From the human T2T-CHM13v2.0 reference genome, Homo sapiens: a stretch of 64,000 nucleotides of DNA. Positions 29,487-42,599 of the stretch are shown one piece after another. A model generated the notes under the pieces. The model was not told the origin of the DNA. It did no database searches and worked only from the letters and a program-made list of their open reading frames with translations. A program made the translations under genes and the position numbers. The DNA lies in NCBI RefSeq assembly GCF_009914755.1, contig NC_060947.1. One strand, 5' to 3'. Position 1 is the stretch's first letter, and every line of letters starts with the position of its first letter.

Positions 29487-29775
29487 TGCAAATAAAATTT
29501 AAAAATTTCTACTTATCAAAATATACTTTAAATAAAATATAAAAGACAAAATTAAAACTGGTTAAGATAATTGCCACACATATCGTGGATAAAGGATTGA
29601 TATCCAGTACATGTGAAGAACTTCTATAAATCAATATGAAAAAGACAAATAACTTGGTGAAAAAATTGGTTAAGAACACAAATGGGCATTTTACAGAAAA
29701 GGAAACATATGGTGAATAAACATACAAAAAGATGTTCAACCTCATGAACAATCAGATTGATACAAATCAAGGCTA
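29487..29775 (+). mobile_element. Old L1M ORF2 3' fragment
   Basis: gataaaggattgatatccag...gggcattttacagaaaaggaa...aaaagatgttcaacctca. Confidence 0.75.
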
Positions 29776-30206
29776 GCTTTCATTATTTTTGAACTTTATA
29801 TATTTTACAAGTGTGTGATATAATTAAACACATATTTACAGCAAGGGATGGATAAATACAATATTCTAAATTATGTTTATTCAGAGAGGAGGCAGAGTTA
29901 TAAAATTTGGGAGGAATGCACAGTTAGATGTAAATTATTTGTGACATTCTAGCTTTTAGGTCTGTTAGTGGGCTCATTTGTGCTCATTACACCACTTCAA
30001 AAAATAGACGATAGCTAGATAGACAGTAAGCTATGTTTGGACCAAAGATTTTGGTGAATTATAAGCCAAGGATAATGATGATTCTAATTCTATGCAACTG
30101 GGGTACTTAAAAGGGACTGTGTGGTGGGGGCGAGTTGTGGAGGAAAACGTTTTTAAAGACAGTTTCAAAAATTTAAACTGTTAGAGGGCTTGTGAACTAA
30201 AGGAGC

Positions 30207-30602
30207 TTATATTGGTCAGGATGGGAAAGGTTATGCTGCAATAACAAATCAACCTCAAATCCCAGTGATCTACTGCAACAAAGGATTATTCCTTACGTTC
30301 ACAGTTGCCCATTGTGAATCTAGACTCATAGGGACCCAGGTTAGTGGAGACTCTACTGTCTCATAGCTGCTCTGTCTAAAACACTCTGACTCCTTGATTA
30401 TCACAACAGGGAGAGAAAGCCCTGGAAGGTTTCAAACATGAAATTAAATGCTTCAGTTTGAAAGTGATCCATGTTATTTATGCTCACAGTCCATGATTAC
30501 AACTAGTCTTATAACCACGATGTAACTGCAAGTATAATTCTCTAGTATGCCCAGAAGGAAAGAAGAGCTAAATTTATGTAAGCACTAGAAGTCTTTACCA
30601 CA
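30207..30602 (-). mobile_element. MLT1I-like LTR
   Basis: ggtcaggatgggaaaggttatgctgcaataacaaa...aattaaatgcttcag...aagtctttaccaca. Confidence 0.7.
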
Positions 30603-30897
30603 GAGCTGTTTTCAACAGAGACACAATGACAATGCTTTCATGTCTAGATGACAAAGTATAACAGACTGGGGTGGGGAACATATTCTGTACTTCTGCATAG
30701 GATAGCTTCTATGCATTGAGGGGCCCCAGAGAACCTAGCTTAGCTGTGCACCCTAGAGAGTTTTAAACTTCAGATATCTATAAAACATACCTACAGGAAT
30801 TTCCAGGAATACTTGGGCTAGGAATTGAACTAAAGAGGATGAAGGTTTTGCATTCACCTCTGCAAACAAGAATCAGAGACAATTGAGGATTATTACT

Positions 30898-32149
30898 TTA
30901 AAAAAACTTTTATTTTAAGTTCAGGGGTACATGTGCAGGGTGTGCAGATTTGTTATATAGATAAACATATATCATAGGGGTTTAGATTATATCATCACCC
31001 AGGTATTAAGCCTAGTATCCATTAGTTATTTTTCCTGATCCTCTCCCTCCTCCCACCCTCCACCCTCTGGTAGGCCCCACCCTCTGGTAGGCCCCAGTGT
31101 GTGTTGTTCCCCTCTACGTGTCCATGTGTTCTCATCATTTAGCTCCCACTTATAAGTGAGAACATGCAGTATTTGGTTTTCTGTTCCTTCATTAGTTTGC
31201 AGAGGATAATGGCCTCCAGCTCCATCCATGTCCCTGCAAAGGACATGATCTCATTCCTTTTTATGACTGCATAGTATTCCATCATATATTTGTACCACAT
31301 TTTCTTTATCCAGCCTACTGTTGATGGGCATTTAGATTGATTCCATGTCTTTGCTATTGTGAATAATGCTGCAATGAACATATGCATACATGTGCCTTTG
31401 TAATAGAATGGTTTATATTCCTTTAGGCATATACTTGGTAATGGGATTGCTGAGTTGAATGGCATTTCTGTCTCTAGGTCTTTGAGGAATTGCCACACTG
31501 TCTTCCACAATGGTTGAACTCCCACCAACAGTGTAAAAATGTTCCTTTTTCTCCACAACTTCGCCAGCATCTGGTATTTTTAACAATTGCCTTTTAATAG
31601 GCTTTTTAGTAATAGCCATTCTGACTGATGTGAGATGGTATCTCGTTGTTTTGATTTGCATTTCTCTAATGACCAGTGATGATGAGCTTTTTTCATATGT
31701 TTGTTGGGCACATGAATGTCTTCTTTTGAGAAGTGTCTGTTCATATCTTTTGCACACTTTTTAATGGAGTTGTTTTTTTTTCTTGTAAATTTGTTTAAGT
31801 TCCTTTTAGATACTGGATATTAGATCTTTGCAGATGCATAGTTTGCAAAAATTTTCTCCCATTCTGTAGGTTGTCTGTTTACTCTGTTGATAGTTTCTTT
31901 TGCTGTGCAGAAGCTCTTTAGTTTAAGTAGATCCCATTTGTCAATTTTTGCTTTGGTTGCAGTTGCTTTTAACATCTTCATCATGAAATCTTTGCCCGGG
32001 CCTATGTCCTGAATGGTATTGCCTAGGGTTTTTTTTTTTTTTTCAGTTTGGGTTTCACATTTAAGTCTTTAATCCATCTTGAGCTGATTTTTGTAGGTGG
32101 TGTAAGGAAGGAGTCCACTTTCAACTTTTTGCATATGGCTAACCAGTTA
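30898..32149 (-). mobile_element. 5'-truncated L1PA12-15-like element
   Basis: 3'UTR aagttcaggggtacatgtgcagg...ttttcctgatcctctccctcc. TSD gaggattatta at 30885-30895 and 32150-32160. Confidence 0.9.
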
Positions 32150-32989
32150 GAGGATTATTATTACTAATGTGAGCACATTTGCATCACAGACAAGTAAAAC
32201 TCGGGTAAACACCTGTTAAATTCAGAACATTGCAAGTTATCTGGGTGCTAGTGTTTGCTTTGGCTCACATTTCCCTTATCTTGCCCCAGGAACAAATGTT
32301 AGACCTACCTTTAATGTCACCAGGGTGTCTGTGCAATCCCTGAAACTTTTAGGGGGCTAAGTTGAAGCGGTACCAGGAATTCATTGTGAAATCAGGACTC
32401 CTTTATCTTGCTCATTTTCTTTTTTTCAGAGATCCTCTGACATTTTAGTAATTGCCATACTACCTTCTTTAAGCATGCTTAGACTTGGACATGAGTTATA
32501 AAGTATATTCTGGCAGGAGTCTCTCGCCATCAAAATATCCTATGTGAGATACTTATTTGGCTTCTCTCTGGGTGTACTGATGTGAAAATCTTATTCGTCA
32601 GTTCTCTCCCTGCCTCTTTGGCAACTGGCTCCTGGGCAGAGCATAAGCTATGCTCACATGTGAGCCAACTCGGAACGTAAATAGTAAGAGATTCCTCAGT
32701 GAGTCTTCTGCAACTTAACCCCTAGAGTCACCCAATACAGGCCAGTCATTTTTTCTCTCCCCCTTTCTACAGACTCTGGGATTCCTGTTTTTTTGTTTGT
32801 TTGTTTTCTTGCAGCCACAGCATATTCTGCATTGAGAGGAGTTCTGCAGAGTGGGATGCTGTCCTCCAGATCTTTTCAAGGAAAACACAAGAATAAAACT
32901 CCCACCTAAGGGATATACAGCAAATTCCTTCAGGAAAAGAGACCAGAGATAGGAAAAATAGCAAATATTGGGAAGTTACAAAAATGGAT

Positions 32990-33122
32990 GATTTATCAGT
33001 CAGTTTTTATTTAGAGAAATAGAACCACTAGCAGATTATACACATATTATATATAAAATTTACATGTAAAATATGTATATATGTATAGATACATACAAAA
33101 TGTACTTATACATTTATAAATT

Positions 33123-33165
<43 letters not shown>

Positions 33166-33701
33166 GCCGTGTATATATTTAAGGGATTTATTGCAGAGAT
33201 CTGACGACACAATCATGAGAGTTGGTTCAGTTTTTTTTTAAGGCTGCTGTTTTTACCTCTGATGTTGGAGCCTGACGCCTGCAGGTAGTTGGGAAGGAAA
33301 GATGGATACAACTGTGGGGAGATCACTAGCAGGCTGGAACCAACAGGCATGAGCTGGAACCTCAAAAGGACAGAGGGAGACGCATGTCAGTTCTTGTCGC
33401 TGACCTTGATGGTGTGGGTGTCCTGAAAATGCTGGAGTTCTTCCTCACAGAGCTAAACACACACATTTGGCCCAAGTCAGAGAAGCTGGACAAGGACCCA
33501 GGGGAAAGTGGAGAAGTCACAGTTAATGCAATGAATTAGCTGCTCAGAGACAATGTGTGTAAACTATGAAATGGCTACTGCTTCTCTTCTGCTTCCCACC
33601 TCTCCTGAGACTCTCATGGCCCACCTTAAACAGAAACATGCAGGGAAGGGAAGTCTAGAAACATAGTTCAGTCTAGCCAAGTTGACATATTATAACACCA
33701 C
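32990..33701 (-). mobile_element. ERVL LTR52/LTR41-family LTR with internal (CT)n(CA)n
   Basis: gagaaatagaaccactag...cagggaagggaagtctagaaacatagttcagtctagccaagttgacat...accaca. Confidence 0.65.
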
Positions 33702-33974
33702 AGATGCATTCCTTGATATGAAATCTCTGGCATTATTGATGGAAAGTGCCAGAAGCAACCATGCCCTCAGGATCTCTTTTATTTCCCCTGGAAAACCTCA
33801 GAAAACATCCTTGAGCTTCAAGATCACCTAGGCTTTTTCTTTTGTAGGACTGTACTCTCAAGCTTGAAAGCATGGTTGGAATTGCACAATAGGGTATTCC
33901 TGTAGCTTAGAACTGGTGATGCCCTTCTAGTTGGCCCTCTGCCACATATAAGAAAGATCACCTTTAGTTCAGAT

Positions 33975-34790
<816 letters not shown>

Positions 34791-34793
34791 ACC

Positions 34794-35230
34794 TGTATCA
34801 GTGAATGGTATGTTTAACAGGAAATCTTACTGCGATAGTTGAAACAGAAAAGTTAATTGGTTTTCTGCAACAAAAAGCCTGGGAGTAGGAAACCTGGATT
34901 TGCTAAGACAGCAAAACCATATTATTAATTATGTGGGCTCTTTCATTTCCCTGCTTTGAAATCCTTAGTATCATCCTCATTGCCCCAGGATGGCTGTGGC
35001 TGCACTTCTGTGGTTCATATTCACATTCTGGAAGGTCTAAAAAGGGAAAGGAGACAGGGCACGACCCTTTGGAGAGACTCTACCTTTGTATGAGGGAGGA
35101 GAATCCCTCCCCATGGTTTCTGGCTACAGCTCATTGGCCAGAACTTTGTCAGATGGCCTCACCTAGCTACTGGGAAGCTTGCACATGGGAGATTTCTAGA
35201 GTCCTAATTCTTGCCTTCACTCTTTCTCTT
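34794..35230 (-). mobile_element. Old MLT1 (J/K-like) LTR
   Basis: ccccaggatggctg...cagctcattggccagaactttgtcagatggcctcacctagct. Confidence 0.6.
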
Positions 35231-35342
35231 GCTGCATCATATGCTTTACCTTGAAGTAAAAGCCTTACGTGACTATGCTCTGTTAACTCTGGTGAATCCT
35301 TTCAAATATCTGAAGTCGGGGGATATTTGCAAAATCTGAAGT

Positions 35343-35485
35343 CCACACACACACAGCCCCCCTCGCCAAAGATAACTCTTATGACCAGGGTGATTTTATT
35401 TCTGAACTTTGCCTTTTTCACTGAAAAATTTACTTTCGAGATAATTCCATGTCAGGACATATTCTTGTGTCTCTTTTTTAAGGAT
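35343..35485 (+). repeat. Segment X copy 1 (143 bp)
   Basis: Ungapped match to 36970-37112 with 10 mismatches. Confidence 0.95.
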
Positions 35486-35870
35486 CTGGCCTGCCATCAC
35501 CTCTCTGACTTCGTCTCCTTCTACCTCATCTCCCTTTCTCATTCTACGCCAGTCACCTTGAGACCATTATCATACTGAAAAACCCAGCATGCTCCAGCCT
35601 CGTGTTTTGGCATTTTCTGTCTCCTCTATTTAGAGCTCTCTCTTTTAGTTATCTACAGGGCTCCATTCTGCCCTTCTAGAAAGTCAGAAAGACCTTTCCA
35701 GACTGCACCTTCTAAAATGCAAACTTGCCCGTTACTTTTATTTCCATTACCTTTTTTTTTCTGTCTCCCCAGACTAGAATATAAGCTGTATAAAAGGACA
35801 TTTCGTCCACACCTAGAATAGTGCCTGGCACATAATAGATGCGTAATAAATGATAGTTGAAGGGATAAAC
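35486..35870 (+). mobile_element. L2 3' fragment (contains segment Y copy 1 at 35574-35638)
   Basis: atctggcctgcc...ctctctgac...ctagaatataagct...cctagaatagtgcctggcacataatagatgc. Confidence 0.75.
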
Positions 35871-36402
35871 AGATAGAGAAGTGCAACTTCAGCTGAGGTA
35901 GGAGGAGCAAACAACTCTTTTGTTTCCTGGGAAAGACTTCAAGAAAAAAAGCAGAATATTAAGAGAGATTAGAGTTAGGTGAAAAAGAAATGTGGCAAGC
36001 CAGGAAGGAGAGGAGATGGTTCAAGGTATGAGGTATTGAATCCCCCCAGGAGAGGGCTTAGAGCAGTAAACAGAGCTTTGTGTTGAATGTAAGCTGACAG
36101 GTTGAATCAACTCCTAATTGGGGTTTCCTTGGGTTTACTGAACATCTCAGTATATTTCTAATTAGTCAGAAATGTTGTTAATGATGTGTGTGTACGTTGC
36201 ATTGGCTTTTCTTAGATTGAACATTAGATTTGATTATGAATTTGATCTTTCCTTTAAAATAACCCCTATGCATGTAGCCTGAAAATTGATTTTGTAATGG
36301 GAGTCCGTGCTGAAAAGGAGGATGGAGAAACTTAGGTCAATACAGACCATTGTGATACCTGTTATTCACAAAGGGACTCTCTCTCATCTTATGCTAGGAG
36401 GG

Positions 36403-36404
<2 letters not shown>

Positions 36405-36448
<44 letters not shown>
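36405..36448. repeat. (GT)22 microsatellite
   Basis: Uninterrupted GT run. Confidence 0.97.
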
Positions 36449-36450
<2 letters not shown>

Positions 36451-36828
36451 ATTGAGGAGAAATGTGTTGAGAATGAAGAAAGTAAAACATACATAAAATA
36501 TGTAAAAGCATATAACAATTAGCACACCGTCTTATAGGTAAAAAGCTACAATTTTACAGAAAGGCAATCTTGCACTTTAAAATGTCAGATACATTTCAAC
36601 AGGACATTGTAAAATAGTTGTAAAATAGTTTATCTCCAGGTTCTCAGAGTTCTTAAGGTGACCTGATAAGGTCAGACAGGGAATGAAAGAAGTTATTAAA
36701 ATAATTTCCACCAAATATCAGACACCTCTTTGGAAGTGTTGTTCTCTTTTGCTTGGGCAGAAATATTTTTGTTTTGCTTCTTTGCTCATTTATTTAAACT
36801 TACTTGTCTTTGAATTGGTAGTAAATGC

Positions 36829-36895
36829 ACTGAAACATACCCAGCATGCTCTAGCCTTGTCTTTTGGCATTTTCTGTCTCCTCTATTTAGAGCTC
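36829..36895 (+). repeat. Segment Y copy 2 (about 65 bp)
   Basis: Matches 35574-35638 with 3 substitutions and a small indel. Confidence 0.95.
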
Positions 36896-36969
36896 CAAAT
36901 ATGATGGAAAATTCAAAATGTACAAAATAATAGAGCAAAAAGGCAAACTCCTTAGCACAATCCCTCCAA

Positions 36970-37112
36970 CCACACACACACAGCCCCCCTTACCAAAGCT
37001 AACCCTTATGACCAGGGTGAATATATTTCTGAACTTTGCCTTTTTCACTGAATAATTTACTTTCGAGATAATTCCATGTCAGAACATATTATTGTGTCTC
37101 TATTTTAAGGAT
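36970..37112 (+). repeat. Segment X copy 2, in an old antisense L1ME-like context
   Basis: Match to 35343-35485; continues tgcataga as in L1ME ...ttccatgtcag...tttaatggctgcatag. Confidence 0.9.
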
Positions 37113-37268
37113 TGCATAGAAGATTATGAATTTTAGAAAGTTTTTCTTTCCTCACCTCTGGAAGAGGTCAATGAAGATGGAACCATCAATAGGAAGAATT
37201 AAGATCTCACAGGGAGAGATGTTTAAGTGTGTGACCTTCTTGGAAGCCTTCCAAACTCCTTCCAGAAA

Positions 37269-37504
37269 TAGGATTGCCAGATAAAATATAGACACTCCAT
37301 TAAATTGCAATTTCAGATAAACAATGAATATTTTTTATTATAAGTATGTGTCATGCAATATTTGGGAAATACTTATACAAAAAATTACTTGTCGTTCATC
37401 TGAAATTCGATGAGACATACTTATACTAAACAATGATTTGTTTATCTGAAATTCAAATTTGACTGGGTATCCTGTATTTTAATTTGCTCAATTTGGCAAC
37501 CCTA
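37269..37504. mobile_element. MER53 palindromic MITE with internal duplication
   Basis: TIRs taggattgccaga / ttggcaacccta; 8-bp flanks tccagaaa / tctggaaa. Confidence 0.9.
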
Positions 37505-38744
37505 TCTGGAAATCACTCATCTATTCATTTGTGAATAGAACTGATCTTAACCTCAAACTCCACAATGAAGAGTTGGTGTCTGTTAAAGCAGGAAAATATT
37601 GCTCCTTAAATAACATGAGGATGAAAACAACCTCAAACTTTACACTGCTTCTCATAATCCACAAGAAAATAATGCCTTCTGTAAGTATTTTAGATAATGC
37701 TTTGGACTAAGACTGTTTAGCCTATTGTCCTCAGCAATAAAAATTGTAATGTATTTTAGATGTATCTAAAATATTATAATCATACATTTGAACTTTGAGA
37801 TGAATTAAATTTCAGGGCAACTTTACTGGTATTGCTTATGTAACTTTTTCAAAATGAAGCATTGCTGTTAAATAAATTAAGTCAGCTTGTAATTAAGCCA
37901 AGCTAAACGTCTAATTCAAAAGTTAAATATCAACTGTGTAAAATTCATATTTTGTTTTCTTATGAAGCTCTTGGGGAATTTAAAATCAGTGCAATGTGAT
38001 GCATAATGGACTATCTTTAGCTTGTTTTCCCCAGACTCAAACAGATGCACAGTCTTCTCTAATGTCACCAGCTCTGGTTTCTCACTTTATTCCTACTCAT
38101 GGGTGTCTTCCCAAGACATCCTCCTTACTAGCCTAGTGTTCTTTCTCATCTAAATCCAATAACACCCCAGTGGCTCCATCTGATTTGGAAGCAGTAACTC
38201 TTCTGTGGCCCAACAATGCCTTCTGGAATGAGTGTGGAGCTTACAGGTTTGCTCTTGGTTTGTGAGTCTACTTTTCTCTTCATCTTAATAAAATAAGATC
38301 CCAAGGATCTTGGCAGGTGTTGTCTGATTTTGGAAGGTACCACATATTAACGAAAAGTAGCCTTAAAAATGTTTTATGTACTGTTTTAAACAAAAGGCAT
38401 CTGTACCACTCAGTCAATCCTAGTTCACAGAGAGAGAAGAGCATGGTTGTTCATTCCACATCAATGTCTCCTTTTAACATTAAATTTTGAGGAGCAAGTT
38501 AATGACATGCATGCGTAAGTATTGGAGGGTGGGAATGTAGTGTTCACAGTTTCCTGCAAAATGTATAAAAAATCAAAATAAGATGAATCAGTGGATGGAT
38601 AGACATGTAATAAATGAAATAAAGCACAATATTAATAGGAGAATATAGGTAGTGGGTATACAGTATACAGGTGTTTGCTGTAATAGTCTTTTTAATTTTT
38701 TCATATTTGAATGTTTTCACAATAAAATATTGAGAAAAAATTTT

Positions 38745-38834
38745 GTATGTTGATTTTATATCCTGCAACTTTACTGAATTTGTTTATCAGTTCTAATCAT
38801 TTTCTGGTGGAGTTTTTAGGTTTTTCCAAATATA
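38745..38834 (-). mobile_element. Short internal L1MA ORF2 fragment between direct repeats
   Basis: gtatgttgattttatatcctgcaactttactgaatttgtttatcagttctaat...ttccaaatata, flanked by agaaaaaatttt at 38733-38744 and 38835-38846. Confidence 0.8.
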
Positions 38835-39077
38835 AGAAAAAATTTTTTGAGATGTGCACCAAAGCACTAGAGATACTGGTACACTTGAGAGACATTTCTA
38901 CAGAGCCATTTTGGGAAGTTGCTTCACTTTTCTATGCCTTGGTTTCTTCATCTGTAAAATTCTACTGCGTAGGATATGTATTCCATTAGCTAATCTCTAT
39001 ACAAAGTACTTTTCACAGTGCCTAGTTCATGATGCTCAGTATATGTTAGCTATTAGCAGTAGTAGTATGGACAGGTT

Positions 39078-39430
39078 GATGTCTTAGTCTGTTCAGGGTG
39101 CTATAACAAAATACCTTAGACTGGGTAATTTATAATCAGCAAAAATTTATTGTTCACAGCTTTGGAAGCCAGTAAGTCCAAGATCAAGTGTCTAGTAAGG
39201 TCTTGCTCTCTTCTTCATAGATGGTATCTTGTTGCTGTGTCCTCACATGATGGAAGGGGCAAGCAAACTCCTTCGCACCTCCTTCTTTTGTAAGGGCATT
39301 AATCTCATTCATGGGCTCTGCCTTTATGACCTAATCACCTCCTCAAGGCCCCACATCTTAATACCACTTGCATTGGAGATTTGGTTTCAACAAATGAATT
39401 TTGGGGAGACACAAATGTTTAGACCATGGA
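39078..39430 (-). mobile_element. MLT1A-type solo LTR
   Basis: tgtcttagtctgttcagggtgctataacaaaatacc...gaattttggggagacacaaatgtttagaccatgg. Confidence 0.88.
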
Positions 39431-40537
39431 AGTTGATCTATGAGCTGCATCATGGCTCAAAAGGAAGATGAAAATGCATCAGGGAAGGCTTCCAAATAAG
39501 ATGACTTGAACTTGGCATCGAACGATGTGATGGAAATAAATTAATGGAAAGAGGTTCAGCATAAGTAGTAAATGACAAAAAAAGAAAAGAAATGGAAATA
39601 AGAGGATGAGAGAACAGAACATAGAAGCAAGATATGCATGGGAGTCATGGAGGAGGTTGGCCTGGCTGGCGTTTTGGAGATAGGACTAGACTCTACAAAT
39701 TCATTTGTATCTAAAATAGTTATGTCATATTCCTCGTAATATTAGACTCAAAGTTTCAAACTGAGTAAGAAGCTCTAAGTGTAATTGGAAACTACTCTCG
39801 TTTTGGAAGACAGGGTACAAGATTTGAATGAGTTCTTCCTCCATCTCTCATCCAAGATTAAAAAAAATGAAAGAGTACACATAAGAATAAACATATGCTG
39901 AATTGAAATCAGTTTCATGATTTTTCCAAAAATTTTAAAAAGTTCCCTTAAAAAAATTGTTGTCCTTTTTTTCTCTGTGCCCAGAACACCATTGTCCTTC
40001 TCTGTCTCTGTCTTTTTTCTAGTTTGACTTCTTATAGTTACTAGGTACAAAAACAAGGCTTCCCTTCTTCTCTGGAGCAGAGTACCCTTTCTCCCCACAG
40101 AGAGAAGCTAATTTTTAAAAATTTCTATGATGCCTTGAAATCACTGGAGATGGAAAGGGCTGACAGAGACGCACTTCAGTGCCTGATGTATAGGCAGAGA
40201 AGTCTGGCGAGGCCTTGACGCCTTGTCCTCCCTCCTCCCAAGAATAGCTTCATATTCGCAGTGGTGGCAGGAGATGGCAATGATGAGAGTTTTGCACCAA
40301 CCCTTGGTTGCCCAAGTCAGACTCCATTCACTAAGCCACAGTGAATCTGGAAATCTAGTTTCCATCTGGGGCAAATCCTCTAGAATACAAATATTGTAAT
40401 AGATCCTGAAAATAAGATGACTTTGCTACTGAAAATATACCTGTCTGCTTTCTTGAAACCTTTTGCAGCTCAGCATACCTAGCCATATTTCTGTACCCAA
40501 ATAAAATGACTTGAACCTGGCATCAAAGGATGTTTGC

Positions 40538-40862
<325 letters not shown>

Positions 40863-41339
40863 TTATTACAATGAGAGATTCATCAACATTTCTTCTGTTG
40901 CACTCTAAGCAAAGTGTTTGTTTACCTTGTGAATATAAAGAACATGATGCTCCTGGGACTATGAATACTGTTTTATAATGAAGTGCAAGGCTGTATCCTT
41001 TTGTATTCCTTTGAAGGCTGGCAAATATAACCTTGAGTGTCTTACACAATAGGCCTAAGCAAATTTTTAAAAAATCTAAATAAAGCATAAATAAAGAAAT
41101 GCTTTCTTCTACCTTACTGAGAGGGCCATTCTGTATACACACGCATATTATTTTTGGCCTGAATTGACAGTGAGCTCTAGATGCATCCAGAGAAGAAACA
41201 AAGACTATCATTGTTCCAAAGAACTAAAAAAAGGGCTTGACACTATAACCAAATTCATTTCTAGTAATTGTATCTTCCAGAAAGTCTATATTGCATTATT
41301 AAATAGAAAATAAACAGTGGGAATTTACTATGCTTTCCT

Positions 41340-42262
41340 ATGAATCATTCCTTAACTCAGCTAGACTGAATGATCCATTGGAATTTGACTCACTAAGGGC
41401 AGTCTTAGATTCTTATATAGGAGAAGTCTCATTCTTCTATTTCCAGCAATTTCTGTTGGGACAAATGAAACATAAATTGTCCAAGTGCAGAAGACAGAGC
41501 CTAAAGACAGTTCTCGCAAGTTCCAGTACCCAAAATGAAACTCTAGAGGAGCTTCCATCTTACATAAGGTCTGAGATAGGCTTGAGATCCCCAGTCGTGC
41601 AGGGAATCTATGTGGATCACCACAAATTGCAGCAGGAGAGAGCAAGTAAGTCTTGTTCTTTTGTCTTGGTCCATTCCATTCTAAGATAATGCTGGTTAAG
41701 TGGTGCAGAAGTAGAGATCTTTTGAGTCAGGTGGCAGAGGATCTTTTGCAGGGGAACTTTTGAACCTCTTTCCCCTGATTCAAGCTTTCTGCCAAACATT
41801 ACATATTTTGTTTTGGTGTGACAGTTTAGGGGACACTATTTCTAATCCTCCTTCTGTGGATAGTGAGTAAATTTGTTGGATTCTGTCTGAAGAATTGACT
41901 CAGACTCTGTCTGCATAATCATGAGGCAGGTCTAGTCCTGCTTAGTCTTTAGTCAATGTCGGGAAGTCCATGACCAAATTGTCAAGTCAAAGGAACAACT
42001 ACCTGGATCTGGAGTCATGTTTCAAGACTGGATTGGAAACAATGAGATTAAGATTTAGTGTAAAGATGAGGAACTGAGGTTATAGGCATAAAAGATACAG
42101 AAGTAGATAGGAAGGTATCAAGGATCGTGGCTCATGGATTTATGTGAAGACAGTTACAAGGAAACCCACTTGGTAGGAGGAAAGTATTAGAGTCAGGCAT
42201 TGCCATAGTAATCAGAACTGGGTTGAGTTATGTGTCCTCTTTGGAGAATTGACTCTAATAAC
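41340..42262 (-). mobile_element. Possible Gypsy-type LTR (41818-42262) with adjacent gag relic
   Basis: Minus-strand TGT...ACA bounded segment, followed by degenerate peptides LLSPAAICGDPHRF, TIYVSFV and KFQWII/LAELRNDS resembling Ty3/Gypsy capsid motifs. Confidence 0.35.
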
Positions 42263-42599
42263 ACCTCTATAGTAATCACGATGATGACAACGATGATACC
42301 AAAGTCCATGGCAGCTTCTTATGCTTAATGGGAAAATAGTAAGCACTCCATAAATTGAATCAGTAAACCAATTAATGGTATCCATTATATGAATAATTTT
42401 TAAAGTATTTTATCAATCAAAATAATACAGAGCAACTGTGATTTTTTATCTTGATGAGACTGTCCTAAGACAATAACTGGTAGGACATTCGTAGTGTGCC
42501 CACAAAGCACAAAAGACCCCATTTAGTTCCAGGTCTACTGAGAACTTTGCAATGTTTAACTGTAGTTATTGGGCTTGTAACACTGCAAAAGTAGGTGTT

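Noticed and set aside
31061-31094. 17-bp tandem duplication in an L1 3'UTR (similar 23-bp case near 48416-48461, 10-bp case near 25743)
   Set aside because: Ordinary slippage duplications inside dead repeats.
32400-32790. Two strong + strand splice acceptors (AG at 32428-32429 and 32771-32772)
   Set aside because: No matching strong donors or open coding frames downstream; such polypyrimidine-AG sites are common by chance. A non-coding exon cannot be excluded.
41330-41689. 119-aa + strand ORF
   Set aside because: No recognisable domain or splice/promoter context; the opposite strand better fits a retroelement relic.
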